Below, piece after piece: positions 24,456 through 37,262 of a DNA stretch of 64,000 nucleotides. The position numbers were made by a program, and so were the translations under genes. A model generated the notes under the pieces. That model saw only the letters and a program-made list of their open reading frames with translations. It was not told the origin of the DNA and did not search any database. Origin of the DNA: Mobula hypostoma. Taxonomy: Eukaryota. The DNA is taken from contig NC_086121.1 of NCBI RefSeq assembly GCF_963921235.1, positions 41,478,001 to 41,542,000 on the forward strand, written 5' to 3'. Within the stretch, counting starts at the first letter, position 1. The number at the start of each line of letters is the position of its first letter.

Positions 24456-27214
24456 GAATGGAATTAACAATAACCTTTCACTCAGTATCAGCAAAACCAA
24501 GGAATCAATGATAAACTTAAGAAAAGGAAGTCAGGAGAACACACGCTAGTCCTCATTGAAAGATTTGTGGTAGAAAGGGTGACCAGCTTAATGTCTCTGT
24601 GTTTCAATATATCCTGAGCCCAGCATATAGATGCAACCATAAAGGAGCCGTACCAGTATCTCCGCTTTCTTAGAGGTCTAAGGAGATTTGGCATGTCATC
24701 AAAGACTCTGACAGAGTCTGCAGCTGTACAGTGGAAAGAATTCTGACAAGTTGTATTATGTTTTGGTTTGGAAACTCCAAAGCAAAGGAACACAAGTGGC
24801 TAGAGAGAGTGGTCTCAGCTGGTTCTCATGAAATCTACAACCACTTATGTCTCAGAAAGATGACATCCATTATTAAGGACTCCCATGATATGGGTCATGA
24901 CCTCTTCTCAAAGCTGCCATTAGGCAGGAAGAATCGCACTTCAAGGTTTCACAGAAACGCCTTCCCCACTGACCTGAACCTACCTCAAAAATCCTAATTT
25001 TACCTATTGTGTTGCTGCTGTAAGGAGTTAATTTCCATGCCATTTATACCCTGACTATGTATGTCCTTGACAAAAACTTGAACTTGAAACCAATTTCCCC
25101 TCCTATCTTTATATCATCAGCTAATTTAGTAATGTTTGGACCCTTCATCTAAGTCACATACAACATAAATAGCTGAGGCCCCAGCGCTGATCCCTGCTGC
25201 ATATCTCTTGTTATATCTTGCCAACCAGAAAATCAGAAAAAGACCCATTTGTGACTTCTACTTCCTGTTATTTTATTTCTTACATCATGAGCTTTTATTT
25301 TCAGCAATAACCTTTGATGTAGTACCTTATCAAATGCCTTGTGGAAATCTGTGCATTGCCCTTTCAGCAATCACAGTATGTTACTTCCGAAAATTATTTC
25401 TTTCCTATTTTGAAAAAGGCTAGGTTTCTCCTGGTCCTTACTTCTATTAGCTTCCACCTTTAGCGGGTCAACCCAGTATCTACTGATACATCTTCTCTTT
25501 GCCTCTCCATTGGAATGCTTCCTTTACAATACAACGTTCTAAGCATCCGTCTCCAAACAACCACTGCTCTTTGTAACACCTTCCCATCAACTCCTGTATT
25601 TTTTACCTCTTCTTGAAATTTCAAGCCTCAAAACCAAGATCAATCGGTCATCCCTTCAGAGAGACAGGGCAGAGTGTAACGAGACTGAAAGGTTACAAAC
25701 CTAATAACCAAATGCTTTAAATCCAGTATAATTCACTCAAATGAAGAAAGACTTCAAAACAATTGAGCAAAATAGTAGGAACAGCTTGGATAAATAGATC
25801 AAAAGGGAGATGAAAATATTTAAACACCGTTAAAAGAAATCCTGAAGCAAATCTAATTTGGATGAATGCAGATTGACTTAAAGTACAAATCTCTTCAAGT
25901 ACAAATAAAAGAAATTGAGTGAGCAACAAAGAAATCGGGCCCAGGAGGGAGCTGGTATATATCATGTCCTTTGAAGGTTAAAAATAGCACACATCTAATG
26001 CAAACCCCACACAAAGAATCTTAATCTTCAGTCATAAATCTGAACAGAACCTACTCCAGCCTCTTAAGTTAGCCTCTCCGAATAATTAAACAATCTACCC
26101 TGCTCTTATGAAAAGGGCTAATGAAGTTGAAATCACAAGTATACTCCGAGAATGGGTTGGATAAAGGCGAATGGAATTGGACTCAGGAGCAAAGACATGG
26201 CCAAATCAAAGTAGCAGCTTCCAGCAAGGCTCATAATCCCAGATGATGTGAGCAATACCCACAAGAGGAGTAATTTCCCTGCGGTCCACTTACCAATATC
26301 CTTGCAATACCTTAGGCAAACTACAACTCTCAGACATTTTGAATTTGTAACTGAAGCGACTGAGCCGAGAGGCAGTTTACAGTATGTAGGAAGGGAACAT
26401 GAAATTAAGGCGCAGCATAGTTGGAGAGCAGAACACAATGAGTGGTGAAATATTTGGAACTTAGAGCATCCTGAGAAGCCTAACGGTGACTGCAACAGAA
26501 GCAAGCAGAAGTGAGCTGCGGAAAATATAAAGGAAGCACTCATGCCGGGTACCCCTAACACTACCTTGGACTATCGTTCGTTTCTCTCTCCTCCTTACAC
26601 TAATGTCATTATGTTCATTTTGACACGTTAAGTTATGTATAATTTAGGTCAATTTAGCTTTATATTAATGTATATTTGTCAGGCTTGGAATGCATTGTGT
26701 TGTTGTGGTGAGAAAAGCCAATCTTCATGGCATTTCTATCCTAGGTATGCATTCCCATGGCAATAAACTTGAACTATGATTCAGAAAAAAATGCATCAAA
26801 TGATCAAGGATCACAAAATGGCTGCTAAAAGAGATAGAAGCACTGCTCAAGGCTTGATGCAGAAATGGATCTGGGTTAAAGCAAAACCAACATGAAGGAG
26901 AGGTCGAAGCAAAGCCCATGAAAGTGACAGCACAGATCCACTGACTGAAAACAGAGACAAAGCACACAAGCTGTCACTGACACACACAGTCCTGATGTGT
27001 TTGCATAGGAGACCAGGTTTAGAATGTCTGATATGCTTGTTCATAATTCCTCCCTTGATAATTTTGCAAAGCTCTTAACATCCTGACAATAATGGGCCTC
27101 TACAGTAAAACATCAAAGGAAATTTCACATCAAAGGATTGGAGAATGCTTGTTAATCACAATTGTTCTACAGAGGAAGTGAATGAAAACAGAAGGGAGAA
27201 AGAAGGGACACAAC

Positions 27215-27600
27215 ACTTGAACTCTGTGATAACAAACACTGCAGTTGCTGGAAAGCTGAAATAAAAGAAAATGCTGAAAATATTCAATAGGCCAGGCAGC
27301 ATCAATGGAGAAGGAAAAATAGAGCTAAAATTTATCATGTGATGTATCAGCACTGGCCACTCTGAATCAAGCTGGAAAGGCTGGATATCTGAAATAATTG
27401 AATTCAGCATTGAGTCCGAATATTGGAAACATGAGATACTGTTCCTCAAGACTTCAAGCTTTCAATAGAGCTTTCAAGGTGCCAGAAGAAAGACATCAAA
27501 TTGTGAAAGGGAAGAAAAACTGAAATGACAAGTTACGCTTGTAGACTGAACAAAGGTCTTCAGCATACCGGTTACCCACTTCATGGAGACCACACTGTGA
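27215..27600. mobile_element. Degenerate Penelope pLTR and GIY-YIG fragments
   Basis: gttgctggaaagctgaaat...aatgctgaaaatattcaataggccaggcagcatc; minus-strand CTWCSQCGL remnant. Confidence 0.6.
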
Positions 27601-28224
27601 GCACCAAGTACAATTCTTAAAACTATGCAAGTGAATTGCTGTTGGAAGGAGAGCAAAAGGCAATATTTTGCAATCTTTGTCTTGTGAGGAAATACATGAC
27701 ATGTAATAGACATTGCAAAAAGTCAACTCCAAAATAATGAAGTCTCACTAAGTTTTGTTCTGTAAGCATTTAGTTTAGCCCTCATTTTGAATTGGAAAGG
27801 AAAGGGTTCCAGCAATTTTCTGTACCATCCAAGGCCATTTCCTCAGTGTAATTTGATCAGTCAACAGTGTTTAAGTAGGGAGAAACAAAGTATCATGTAA
27901 AGCAGGAAAACAAAGGGAAAATGGTATTGATACAGAGACTGCAGCAATCCTATTTTCAGGTGATAACGCTGTGCTTCAGAAGGGAGGTCAAAAAACTGGA
28001 GGGACTGCCCTGAAAGTGGTTGCAAATGTCACAACTAATACACTGTTCAATGTAGCATCAGGAACACTATTCAATTGTCACCAATGTTCTGACCATCGAT
28101 CACAAGCTGAAATTATAACTATGGTTCTCAGGAACACTGACCAAATTTCTGCGTGTTCTTGGCATCTAATTTTATTCCAGACTTTCACCATTAATAGCGC
28201 TTTGCTTTATTTTCCAAAACATTA

Positions 28225-28760
28225 TGTAATGGCTGCTCTGTAATGTTAACTGCTGAGGTAATGGTTTCCCTGTAGCTGCAATGTTTGGGTTAGGACTAGA
28301 GATAACGAGACTTTATTATTCAGGGCTATCCAATGGGGAGGAATGTTATTCTTTCTTGTGTGTCTGGGAACCAGGGTTTTTCGTGGGCTTTCGCTCGAGG
28401 AAACGGAAGAGGAAGGACATGTGTAGAGAGTGCTAGGAGACCACCGGACAGCGGAGACTGGAATCCGAGGGTCTGGGGGTCGGCGACGTTTCGGCAGAGG
28501 TAGCTTATGGCGGAATACCTGAGGCGTGAGCTCCAACGATTTTGTGTGCACTATTTAATAAAAGTGGCGCCTTTTTCTTTTATATTTTGTTCCTTTACTA
28601 ACCACATAGCAAAGTAAGAGTTATAAAGTGTAATCATTTGATCGCATATTGTGTATCGTCTGACATTTTGCGTTGTGGGTTTGTACTGGGGTACATTACA
28701 CAGCATCTACCCAAACTTGAATACCCTGTTTGGCGGGGCTGAAAGCTGATTCCCCTAGAA
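28225..28760 (+). mobile_element. LTR-like fragment (probable solo LTR)
   Basis: CpG-richer non-coding block, CCAAT at ~28330, AATAAA 28557-28562, tgtaatg...cattaca inverted motif (28225/28700); no TSD or internal ORF found. Confidence 0.5.
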
Positions 28761-30294
28761 TCATTAACTGAAAAATTAATTTATCTTGCAGGTAATCTAG
28801 GCGCGTCTCTGCAAAAGGAAGGATTACAGTATTACCTGAAGTATAAGGAGTCACAGTTCAGAGCCATGTGACCACTGAAATGGAAGAATCACACTCACTC
28901 AGATTCTCCTTATCGGTGGTAGCTTTACATCAAACACTGTGCTGAGCTCCCGGATAACATGTCCGAAATTCTTGTTTCACAAAGCTTGTGACATTTGTCT
29001 CTTCTGCAGCTGCAGGATCTGGAAAGAATTGTTATTCCAATATGGGAACTGTCAGAGCTGAACGATCTGAGATGAAGGTCACATTGAATACACAGACCTT
29101 TATGTCACTGATTTGACAGGAGTTCACAACTGAGACCAGGAGGGAAAATCCCTTGCACTTGTCTCAGATAAACAGGTTTCTCGATCAAGAAATAATGTTC
29201 TGTGTTTGCACGGAGCTCAATTATAGTGTATTAAGTAGCAGCTGACATTTTGCAAATGGAACTAGACAGGTCATTCAGGACAGCCCTCCGTAATCATTAC
29301 CATCCTGAAAATGAAAATTTACTCCATTTCACTCATCTAATGAGCAATTTTAGCATTACACCCTTGATTAACATGCTCACTCTGCTTACGGGACCCCTGT
29401 GTGGTTCACAAGGAGAACAGATCCAGCCGGCTTAGGGACTATAGTTGGCAGCACAGACAAGACTAGACTGATGGGCTTCATCTTGCTGGTTATTGCTTCA
29501 GGTTCTGAATGGAAGTATCCGTCATTACATCTTAAAAAGAAAGTATCTAGGTGAGTTGTGTGACCGGGCCATAGTAATGCGACAAGCAGCTAATCAAATG
29601 AAATAAATGAGAAAATGTGCTAGCTTCATCTCTGACACATATTCACAATTTCACTCCAATCTAGGTTCCTGTGGGCAGTACCGAGGAAGTGAACTATATT
29701 CAGAGACTCTATGGGACTGGACAGGTTTTGTGTGCAGAATAGAGGCTGGTCTAACAGATTCTCCTTTTGGTTGGCCAGCATTCATTCCATTTCAAAACCG
29801 ATTTCACAAAGACAAAAAAAAAAGGCGTAAAGCAAAACTATCAGCTAGTCAGGAGGCATCTGTGGAAAGAGAAACAGTTATTTATGAGTAAATTACCCTT
29901 CATCTCTTTATAAATGCTACCTATAGACTTCCAGTATCAGCAGGTTATCTTTGTTTTCAAAATTCAGCACATGATTCATGGCAACTAACATCCATACATC
30001 CAGGTGCTAGCCAACGACCATGTCCAACAAAAGAGTCCAGCCATCTTCTCTCATCTTTTAATTGGATTGCCATCTCCAACCATTAACAACCAAAGGTAGT
30101 CACCAGAAATTTAACTGGACTAGACACAGACATATTGTGACAAGTGTGAGTCAGGGATTGGCTAACTCCTGCCCCCAAAACATGCCCACAATTCTCAAAG
30201 TACAAAATCAAGTGTCTATTGGAAGACTCACCCCTTGCACCTCTAACAACATTGCGGAAGCCTGGCACCATCTGCGATAAAACAGCTCATTGGA

Positions 30295-30812
30295 TTCGCA
30301 CCACATGCAAGATGCTGGAGGACCTCAGCAAGTCAGGCAGCATACATGGGAGGGAATAGACAGTCGATATTTCAGTGAGAGACCCTTCATTAAGACAGGA
30401 AAGGAAGGGGACAGAAGTCAGAATGAGAAGGTGGGGAAAGGGAAGGAGTACAAGCTGTTAGACAATAGATGAAACCTGGTGAGGGGGAAGGTGTGTGGGT
30501 GGGAGAGGGAATGAAGTGACAAGCGAGGAGGTGATATGTGGAAGAGGGCTGAAGAAGAAGGGATCTAATAGGTGGGGACAGTGGATTAAAGGGAAGGAGG
30601 AAGGGAACCAGAGGGAGGTGACTGGCAGATGAGGAGAAGAGAAGGGATGAGAGGGTAACTAGAATGGAGAATGGAAAAGAAAGAAGGGATGAGGGAGAAT
30701 AAGTATCAGAAGTTAGAGGAATTGAAGCTCTTGCCATCAGGTGGGAAGCTACCCAGACGTTTCTCCTCCAACCTGAGTTTGGCCTCATCGTGGAAGTAGT
30801 GGAAACCATGGA
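30295..30812 (-). mobile_element. Penelope 3' end (GIY-YIG tail, purine/pyrimidine-skewed UTR, pLTR with decayed hammerhead)
   Basis: gatgctggaggacctcagc...cagtcgatatttcagtgagagacccttcat; colinear with 16020-16520. Confidence 0.85.
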
Positions 30813-31380
30813 TAAGCAGCCCTTCTACCCAACAAAGTACAATTCCTATTTTTCAACATACAGGAACAGAGTACCTAACTTGTCTGCTGAAAGGTTCCAG
30901 AACAGCTGTGGTAGTGATAGTGCTACTGATGATGGAGTTCTGTCCGAACATCATATCCACAAGTGAAACATTAACAAAAAGGAATTGGGGAAATGGCATT
31001 CATTGCTTTAACCTGTCGTTATTTTGTTCCATCATGGCTGGTTAATATCTCAGTTCCTGATGCGTTTTTATATTTCTTATTTGACAGATAAGTTCCCGAA
31101 ATTTTCAACATCCACAGTCCAGTAAGTCCAGTAGGGCCGGATTTCCACTCAGCTTCCTTTCCCTCCTAACTGCCAATATTTCATTCTAGATTTGGCCAAC
31201 ATAAAAAATACACCTCCAAGCACTATTTTAAACATTTTGATTATATCATGCTTTAAGTTTCAAAACTCAACTAAATTTCATTCATTTCAGGTAAATTGTC
31301 ACATAATTCAAAGGTTTCAATAGGTATATTTAATGTCAGAGAACTGTATACAATATATATCCTGAAATGCTTTTTCTTCA

Positions 31381-31649
31381 CGGCGAGAAGACTGCAACCA
31401 ATGGGGCACTGTCTACGCCACCCCGAGCTACCTGCCGGCCTAGTCATCATATGGGAGTCCAAGCACGGGAGGGTGAACCCTGGGCGCCCACACAAGACTA
31501 TGGCCAACATGCTCCTAAAAGACAGCGGCGCAGCTAATGTAGATGAACTGAACACATTGATGAGGGAGAGGGAGAAGTGGAGAGTCCATTATCGTGCCTG
31601 ATGCCGGCCCCCTAGGCCTGAGTCAATGTAGTAGAAGTGGTAGTAGTGG
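31381..31649 (+). mobile_element. RTE-clade-like LINE 3' end
   Basis: RRLQPMGHCLRHPELPA..IIWESKHG...GRPHKT...LM.EREKWR; degenerate (gta)n tail. Confidence 0.8.
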
Positions 31650-31878
31650 CAACCTTTCATGAAAACAGAGGAATGCCCCCAAAGAATAGACAGCAGTTAA
31701 GTGTTAGAACATCAAATCCCCCCCCAGCTCCCCTCCCTCCCACGCGTAAGCGGCAACAGGCAACAATCCCCCCTCCCCCCCATCGGCACCCCCCACCAAG
31801 CACTCAAGCATGAGCAAAACAACAGTAAAGATGCAGATTTGCAGTACCCCATAGACTATATTGTTTACCTGGCATTTG

Positions 31879-32016
31879 NNNNNNNNNNNNNNNNNNNNNN
31901 NNNNNNNNNNNNNNNNNNNNNNNNNNNNNNNNNNNNNNNNNNNNNNNNNNNNNNNNNNNNNNNNNNNNNNNNNNNNNNNNNNNNNNNNNNNNNNNNNNNN
32001 NNNNNNNNNNNNNNNN
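31879..32016. other. Assembly gap (138 N)
   Basis: Run of N. Confidence 1.
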
Positions 32017-33699
32017 GGAGAAAGAGATCTCTCCATTTCACAGCGAGAGGGGAGACATAACAAATAACTCGCTGGTTTATGACGTTAAAAGTCCATTGCG
32101 TTGCTTCTCATGTAACCACATAACAATTACAGCGCGGAAACAGGCCACCTTGGCCCTTCTAGTCCGTACCGAACGCTTATTCTCACGTAGTCCCGCCGGC
32201 CTGCACTCGGTCGATAACCCTCCATTCAAAGATCTCGGATCTCTGGGCAGACAGCCAGAGATCTTCCGTCTCCAACAACACACCGATCTCCTGCAGAGGC
32301 ACCGACCTCTGATCTCCCCGTCTTCAGGGCCACGAGATCCTGGGCCTTCGAAGGCGAGAGGAGCTCTTAGGCCGAGCCCTTGGTGTAATGACGAACGGCC
32401 AGTCGTGAAACTCTGAAAGCGGGTCCCATTCGCACAAAGAACTGCAGTCAGCATGTAACTCCAGGTCAGGGTCTTCAAAAGAACCCTGAAAGGGAAAAAT
32501 AGAGATATTAAAGATGGAAATAGAGCTGTTGATATGTATGCCCTCAGATCAGTTCAAATCCTTTTTTTTAAATTTTTTTTTAAAAAGTTCAAATCCTGAC
32601 TGAATTACTGTACAGTGCCACATTCTGAATCTTATTTGCTGCAGTTTTCTCAAACACTACGTTCTTATCTATCTGTTTGAGACTTCCTGCTCCCACCTAC
32701 ACAGTTTATAGAGCACCTTAGGTCACAGTCATCCGCAGCCTTGGACGAAATTCTCTGGGGCTCTGGAAATAAGCTGAAAAGAGATCGTCTTTCCTGCAAT
32801 ACTGGTTCTGTTTTGCTTCGGTCTCAGAATAGAAGTACATATTTTCAATGTAACTTGTGTTGCATATCAAACTATTCAGTGTAATGGAATGTGTTGTTTG
32901 TACCAAAACTATCAGAATGTGCAGCTAACAATGGAAGACTTTGGTCGTGGTTGAGCGGGGCCCATTTCTGTAAAATTACACAGTGACAACCCAGTTAGCA
33001 CCCAGATAAACATCCTTTCTCATTGGTCTCTGTCTCTTGCATGCTAACCAATAACTGATCTATGTCAGAAGGCAATTTCTAATTATGTACTCTTGCCCTT
33101 TTGACAGCAACCTTTAGAGCAGAATCTTAAGGAAATCCATATCAGCAACATCCATTGATGCTCCCTTAGCTAAAATGCTCATATTTTGTTTCTGTTTATC
33201 CATATTTCATGATCTGGGTGTCACTGAAAAGTCTAGCATTCATTGCCCATCATGAACAGTTAATTGGTTAATGAAAATGAATGAGGTAATTCTGCCCATT
33301 GAGTTCATGCTAGCTCTCTGTAGAACTATAGTTCCTTTCCCCCAATGTGGTCCTACAAATTAATTTTCCTCAAGTACCAAGCCAATTTCCTTTTTAAATC
33401 ATTTGATCATCTCTGCTTCCTGCACTGTTGTATAGACAGCAAGTTCAGGTCACCAAAACACGCTGCTTTTCCACACATTTCCCAGTACCATTGGCCTAGT
33501 CCTGAGCATGTGACTCATGATCCTGTGGTTCGGAGCTGGTTCTCCGTGTCCCTCTTATCTAAACCTGACATAAGTTTTTACATCTCCATCAAATTTCCCC
33601 TCACCCACTTTCACAATAAAGAAAACAATCTACATTTTGTAATCTACCCTTGTAATGAAAATACCCAATCCTTGTGGCCATTCCTGTAAGTTTTTGGGT

Positions 33700-34015
33700 A
33701 GTACAGCTGTTGCCTCACAGCTGCAGGGTTCCATCCTGGCTTCTGAATCCGTCTGAATGTTCTGTGAATAAATTGATCTCCCTTGGGTGCTCCAGTTTCT
33801 TCCTACTCAGTTTTAGAGAAGCTGGTAGGTTAATTGGCTGCTGAAAATTGTCCTACTGTATGTATGCAGCAAAATAGTCAAACAGAGAATTAATGGGCTT
33901 GTGTGAATGAGCAAGATGCTGTAGGGCCATAGAAAGATAAGGAGTGGAACTGAGGACATTGATCTGCTGGGAGCTGGAATGGATTGAGTGGGCCGAATAA
34001 CCTCCTTTTGTGTCA
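33700..34015 (+). mobile_element. V-SINE, decayed
   Basis: gttgcctcacagc...gggtgctccagtttcttcctac...ggtaggttaattggc; CR1-type tail. Confidence 0.7.
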
Positions 34016-34409
34016 TAATAAGTAAGAACATTTTATGTGCGCTTTCCTTGGCCTTTCTTAATTGAGATGGATTCAAGGCTCAAGTATGGCTTTTGTCTGC
34101 TGTTATAACTCTTGAATGGACCTCTTACGCGTCAAAGGTGAACTCTTGATCTCCCTCTCCACCCCGCCCTGGACTTACAGTTTATTTGTCTAATGGTACT
34201 GCACTTTCTCTGTAACTGTAACACTCACTTATGCATTATTTTCTTCTTGCTGCACCACCTCAGTGTACTTATGTGTAGAATCATCTGCCTGATAGACACA
34301 AACAACCGGCTTTCACTGTGCTCTGTACATGTGACAACAATAAACTGATTCCCAGGTACCAATTAGTTCAGGCCTACCTTGAGCTCCACATATATTTTTG
34401 GAACATGCA

Positions 34410-34770
34410 GTGTGCAAGTTGGTAGAGTCCCTGCCTCACACCGCCAGAGATCCAGGTTTAATACTGACCTGTGGTGTAGTTTGTGTAGAGTTCATGTCTA
34501 TTTGCAACTTTGCCCTCGACCACATGGGTTTCCACTGGGTGCTGCGGTTTCCTGCCCCTTCCCAAAGATGTGCAGGTTGGTACATTAATTACCTGCTGTA
34601 AAAATTGCCCCTCATGTGTAGCTGAGTGGGAGGAGATGATGGGAATATGGAGTGATTTTTGTTTAAAGTGCAGTTGCGGTAGGATTAATGTTAATGGTTA
34701 GTTGATAGCTGGTGCGAGCTTGGTGGGACAAAGGACCTGTTTCTGTGAGTTATGACTGGGTGGGACTCTA
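34410..34770 (+). mobile_element. V-SINE (HE1-type)
   Basis: ctgcctcacaccgccagagatccaggtt...gggtttccactgggtgctgcggtttcctgcccc..cccaaagatgtgcaggttgg. Confidence 0.8.
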
Positions 34771-36389
34771 CAGCTTCCTTATGTATGTACTTCCAACTGG
34801 GAAAAATTAAGCTAATTGCAATGTCTGTATGTGCAGTCAACTCAAGTGAACAAAATTAATGTGCAAATTAAACCAGAGCAGTAACTTCACAGTTAAAGAA
34901 CCAGGGAGACTTCATTAAATTCAAAGGTTTTGGGTGTGAAACAATTCACAGGGTAGATATTAAAAAATGAAAATCTGATTTATATGGAGGTCAAAGGGTG
35001 AGAAAAAATAGTCAACAGTTAAAGAAGTGAGAAATTAAATACTCTGATGATTCACAGCGTTGTAATTTGAGGAAGTGGAGCTCCGCAAACACATTTGAAC
35101 TTCACAGAAATCTAAAACTTGCCCCAATTCCAGTAATACTGTTTTTAAAATAGACTGTGTGGTCCGGTGGGAAAAGCAAGTTGCATAAAGGCAGCACTTG
35201 GAATACGTAGAAGAAAAGGAGGCATAGAGTCTAGTTTGTAAAAGGGTAGTGAGGGTTGTTTGGGTGGGGGTTACAATGAGATAATGTGGCACTACTAGTA
35301 AAAGGTGAAGCAGAACCAAATGCAATGTGAACAGCACGGTGAATTTAAGCGTTTAAAAATAATCCTAGATAATAGTGGTACTTGAGCTGTGATACAAGCC
35401 ATTTAGGAAGTGTGACACAAGCTATCAATCACCCTGATGTAATGTAAAACAGGTGGGGAATAAAGTAGTTATTTCCCAGAGATGGGATATTTATGCCTAA
35501 TCTATCCAATCAAAGATGGAACCGTTGCTTTGCTATCAACATGCATAAAGAATGTTAAAGCTTTTTTTTTTGTTGCATCATTGCCCTTACTTCCAGTGAG
35601 CGGATTTGGCTTCTTCAGGAGAAAAGGGTCTTCTTTGTCTCTTTAATTCAGCAGCTGGGCCGACACTGCCGGGAGTCCATCTGTAACCGGTCATCTTTTC
35701 GGCTGCCACGTTCATCTTTTGCCCACTAGTTGTGTGTCAGTCTTTACTTGTGTATAGTTTTTCATAAATTCTATTGTATTTCTTTATCTTCCTGTAAATG
35801 CCTGCAAGAAATTGAATCTCAAGCTAGTACATGGTGGCTTATACAATATGTGATTTGATAATAAATTTACTTTGACATTGACTTCTGTGATAGTTGAGGA
35901 CTTCTTAACTCAACATCACAATATTAAACATGTCGGTAGTGGATCTGGTCCTGTCAGTTTTGTAGTACTGGGAGTGTCGACAGGCACAAATTTGCAGTGT
36001 AGGAGTGCTGCAACCAGTGTTACATTGCAATGCTGCAAGTCTTTGTCACTGAACTGGGTGTTAACTACACCGGTTTCAAATCATGTCTGCTGCTGAACTG
36101 CAACATCACAGTCAGCCAGATCCTTCAGCAAAGAAATGAACAATATGAACGTGAAGGTGCCCTTTATTCCCTTTTCTTACACTGGTGGGAGAACCAGAAT
36201 TGGCTTTAGTGAAGTAAACCCATAGAGTTTGTATAGAACATCCTGTTATACAAACAAAACAAAGCCATCACATACTTTTCCCCCCCTTCACTCTAGGATT
36301 GACATTGCTAGCAGGATGATCTCCATCTATTAAATTTACAGATAAAAGATGCATGTAACACTATACTAATCAGAAAAATGTATGAAGAT

Positions 36390-37082
36390 TAATTCAAAGT
36401 TGCTGGTGAACGCAGCAGGCCAGGCAGCATCTGTAGGAAGAGGTACAGTCGACGTTTCAGGCCGAGACCCTTCGTCAGGACTAACTGAAGGAAGAGTGAG
36501 TAAGAGATTTGAAAGTTGGAGGGGGAGGGGGAGATCCAAAATGATAGGAGAAGACAGGAGGGGGAGGGATGGAACCAAGAGCTGGACAGGTGATTGGCAA
36601 AAGGGATACGAGAGGATCATGGGACAGGAGGTCCGGGAAGAAAGACAAGGGGCAGGGGGGGAAACCAGAGGATGGGCAAGGAGTATATTCAGAAGGACAG
36701 AGGGAGAAAAAGGAGAGTGAGAGAAAGAATGTGTGTATAAAAATAAGTAACAGATGGGGTACGAGGGGGAGGTGGGGCATTAGCAGAAGTTAGAGAAGTC
36801 GATGTTCATGCCATCAGGTTGGAGGCTACCCAGACGGAATATAAGGTGTTGTTCCTCCAACCTGAGTGTGGCTTCATCTTTACAGTAGAGGAGGCCATGG
36901 ATAGACATGTCAGAATGGGAATGGGATGTGGTCTGCGTCCGGTGTTCCCGATGTGGCCTTTTATATATTGGCCAGACCCGACGCATCTGGGAGACCGCTT
37001 TGCTGAACACCTACGCTCCGTCCGCCAGAGAAAGCAGGATCACCCAGTGGCCACACATTTTAATTCCACATCCCATTCCCAT
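36390..37082 (-). mobile_element. Penelope 3' end with inverted GIY-YIG segment (36932-37082 on +)
   Basis: CSRCGLLYIGQTRR and LGDRFAEHLRSV on +; SHSHSDMSIHGL...LEEQHLIFRLGSLQPDGMNIDF on -; pLTR at ~36390-36490. Confidence 0.93.
36447..36482 (-). ncRNA. Minimal type I hammerhead ribozyme in a Penelope pLTR
   Basis: AGUC-CUGACGA-AGG(GUCUCGG)CCU-GAAAC-GUC^GACU: full catalytic core, stems I and II, palindromic ACGU stem III. Confidence 0.8.
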
Positions 37083-37262
37083 GGTTTTTCATGTTCATCA
37101 TTGCTAGCACTTGGTGCACTCTCTGAATATCTTCAACATTTACAGGAACATTTGTTGGCCTGGCAAATAACATAATGCAAACTGTACACTCAAGTCCCTA
37201 ATGCTAAGCCACAAAAGCACCATGCTATGCCCTCAACATAATCTTCGGAGTCTTCTTGGTCA

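Larger units (their letters stand above)
21615..25090 (+). mobile_element. Rex1/Babar-like LINE in pieces (21615-21980, ~24060-24090, 24460-25090)
   Basis: YARLLFIDYSLAFNII, IYKFTD; later ERILTSCIMFWFGN, IIKDSH; tail aacttgaacttgaa. Confidence 0.8.
20870..25420 (-). mobile_element. Old CR1, outer host of a nested cluster (20870-21612 and 25090-25420)
   Basis: ORF 20899-21126 is a degraded CR1 C-terminus; RT core resumes at 25090 (tcctatctttatatcatcagctaattt). Confidence 0.7.
31310..32535 (-). mobile_element. Unclassified non-coding interspersed element spanning the gap, interrupted by an RTE fragment
   Basis: CpG-rich body; LINE-like 3' tail at ~31310-31380 similar to that at ~46465-46540; no coding homology seen. 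Confidence 0.5.

Noticed and set aside
28225-28700. Complete solo LTR bounded by TGTAATG...CATTACA
   Set aside because: No matching TSD at either candidate start, so the exact ends are unsupported; kept only as LTR-like.
30420-30710. Long purine-rich tracts (also ~36490-36780 and ~57470-57710) as G4/triplex elements
   Set aside because: They are the standard skewed 3' UTR of the Penelope copies, not locus-specific structures.
31701-32067. ORFs containing X runs
   Set aside because: Artefacts of the N gap.
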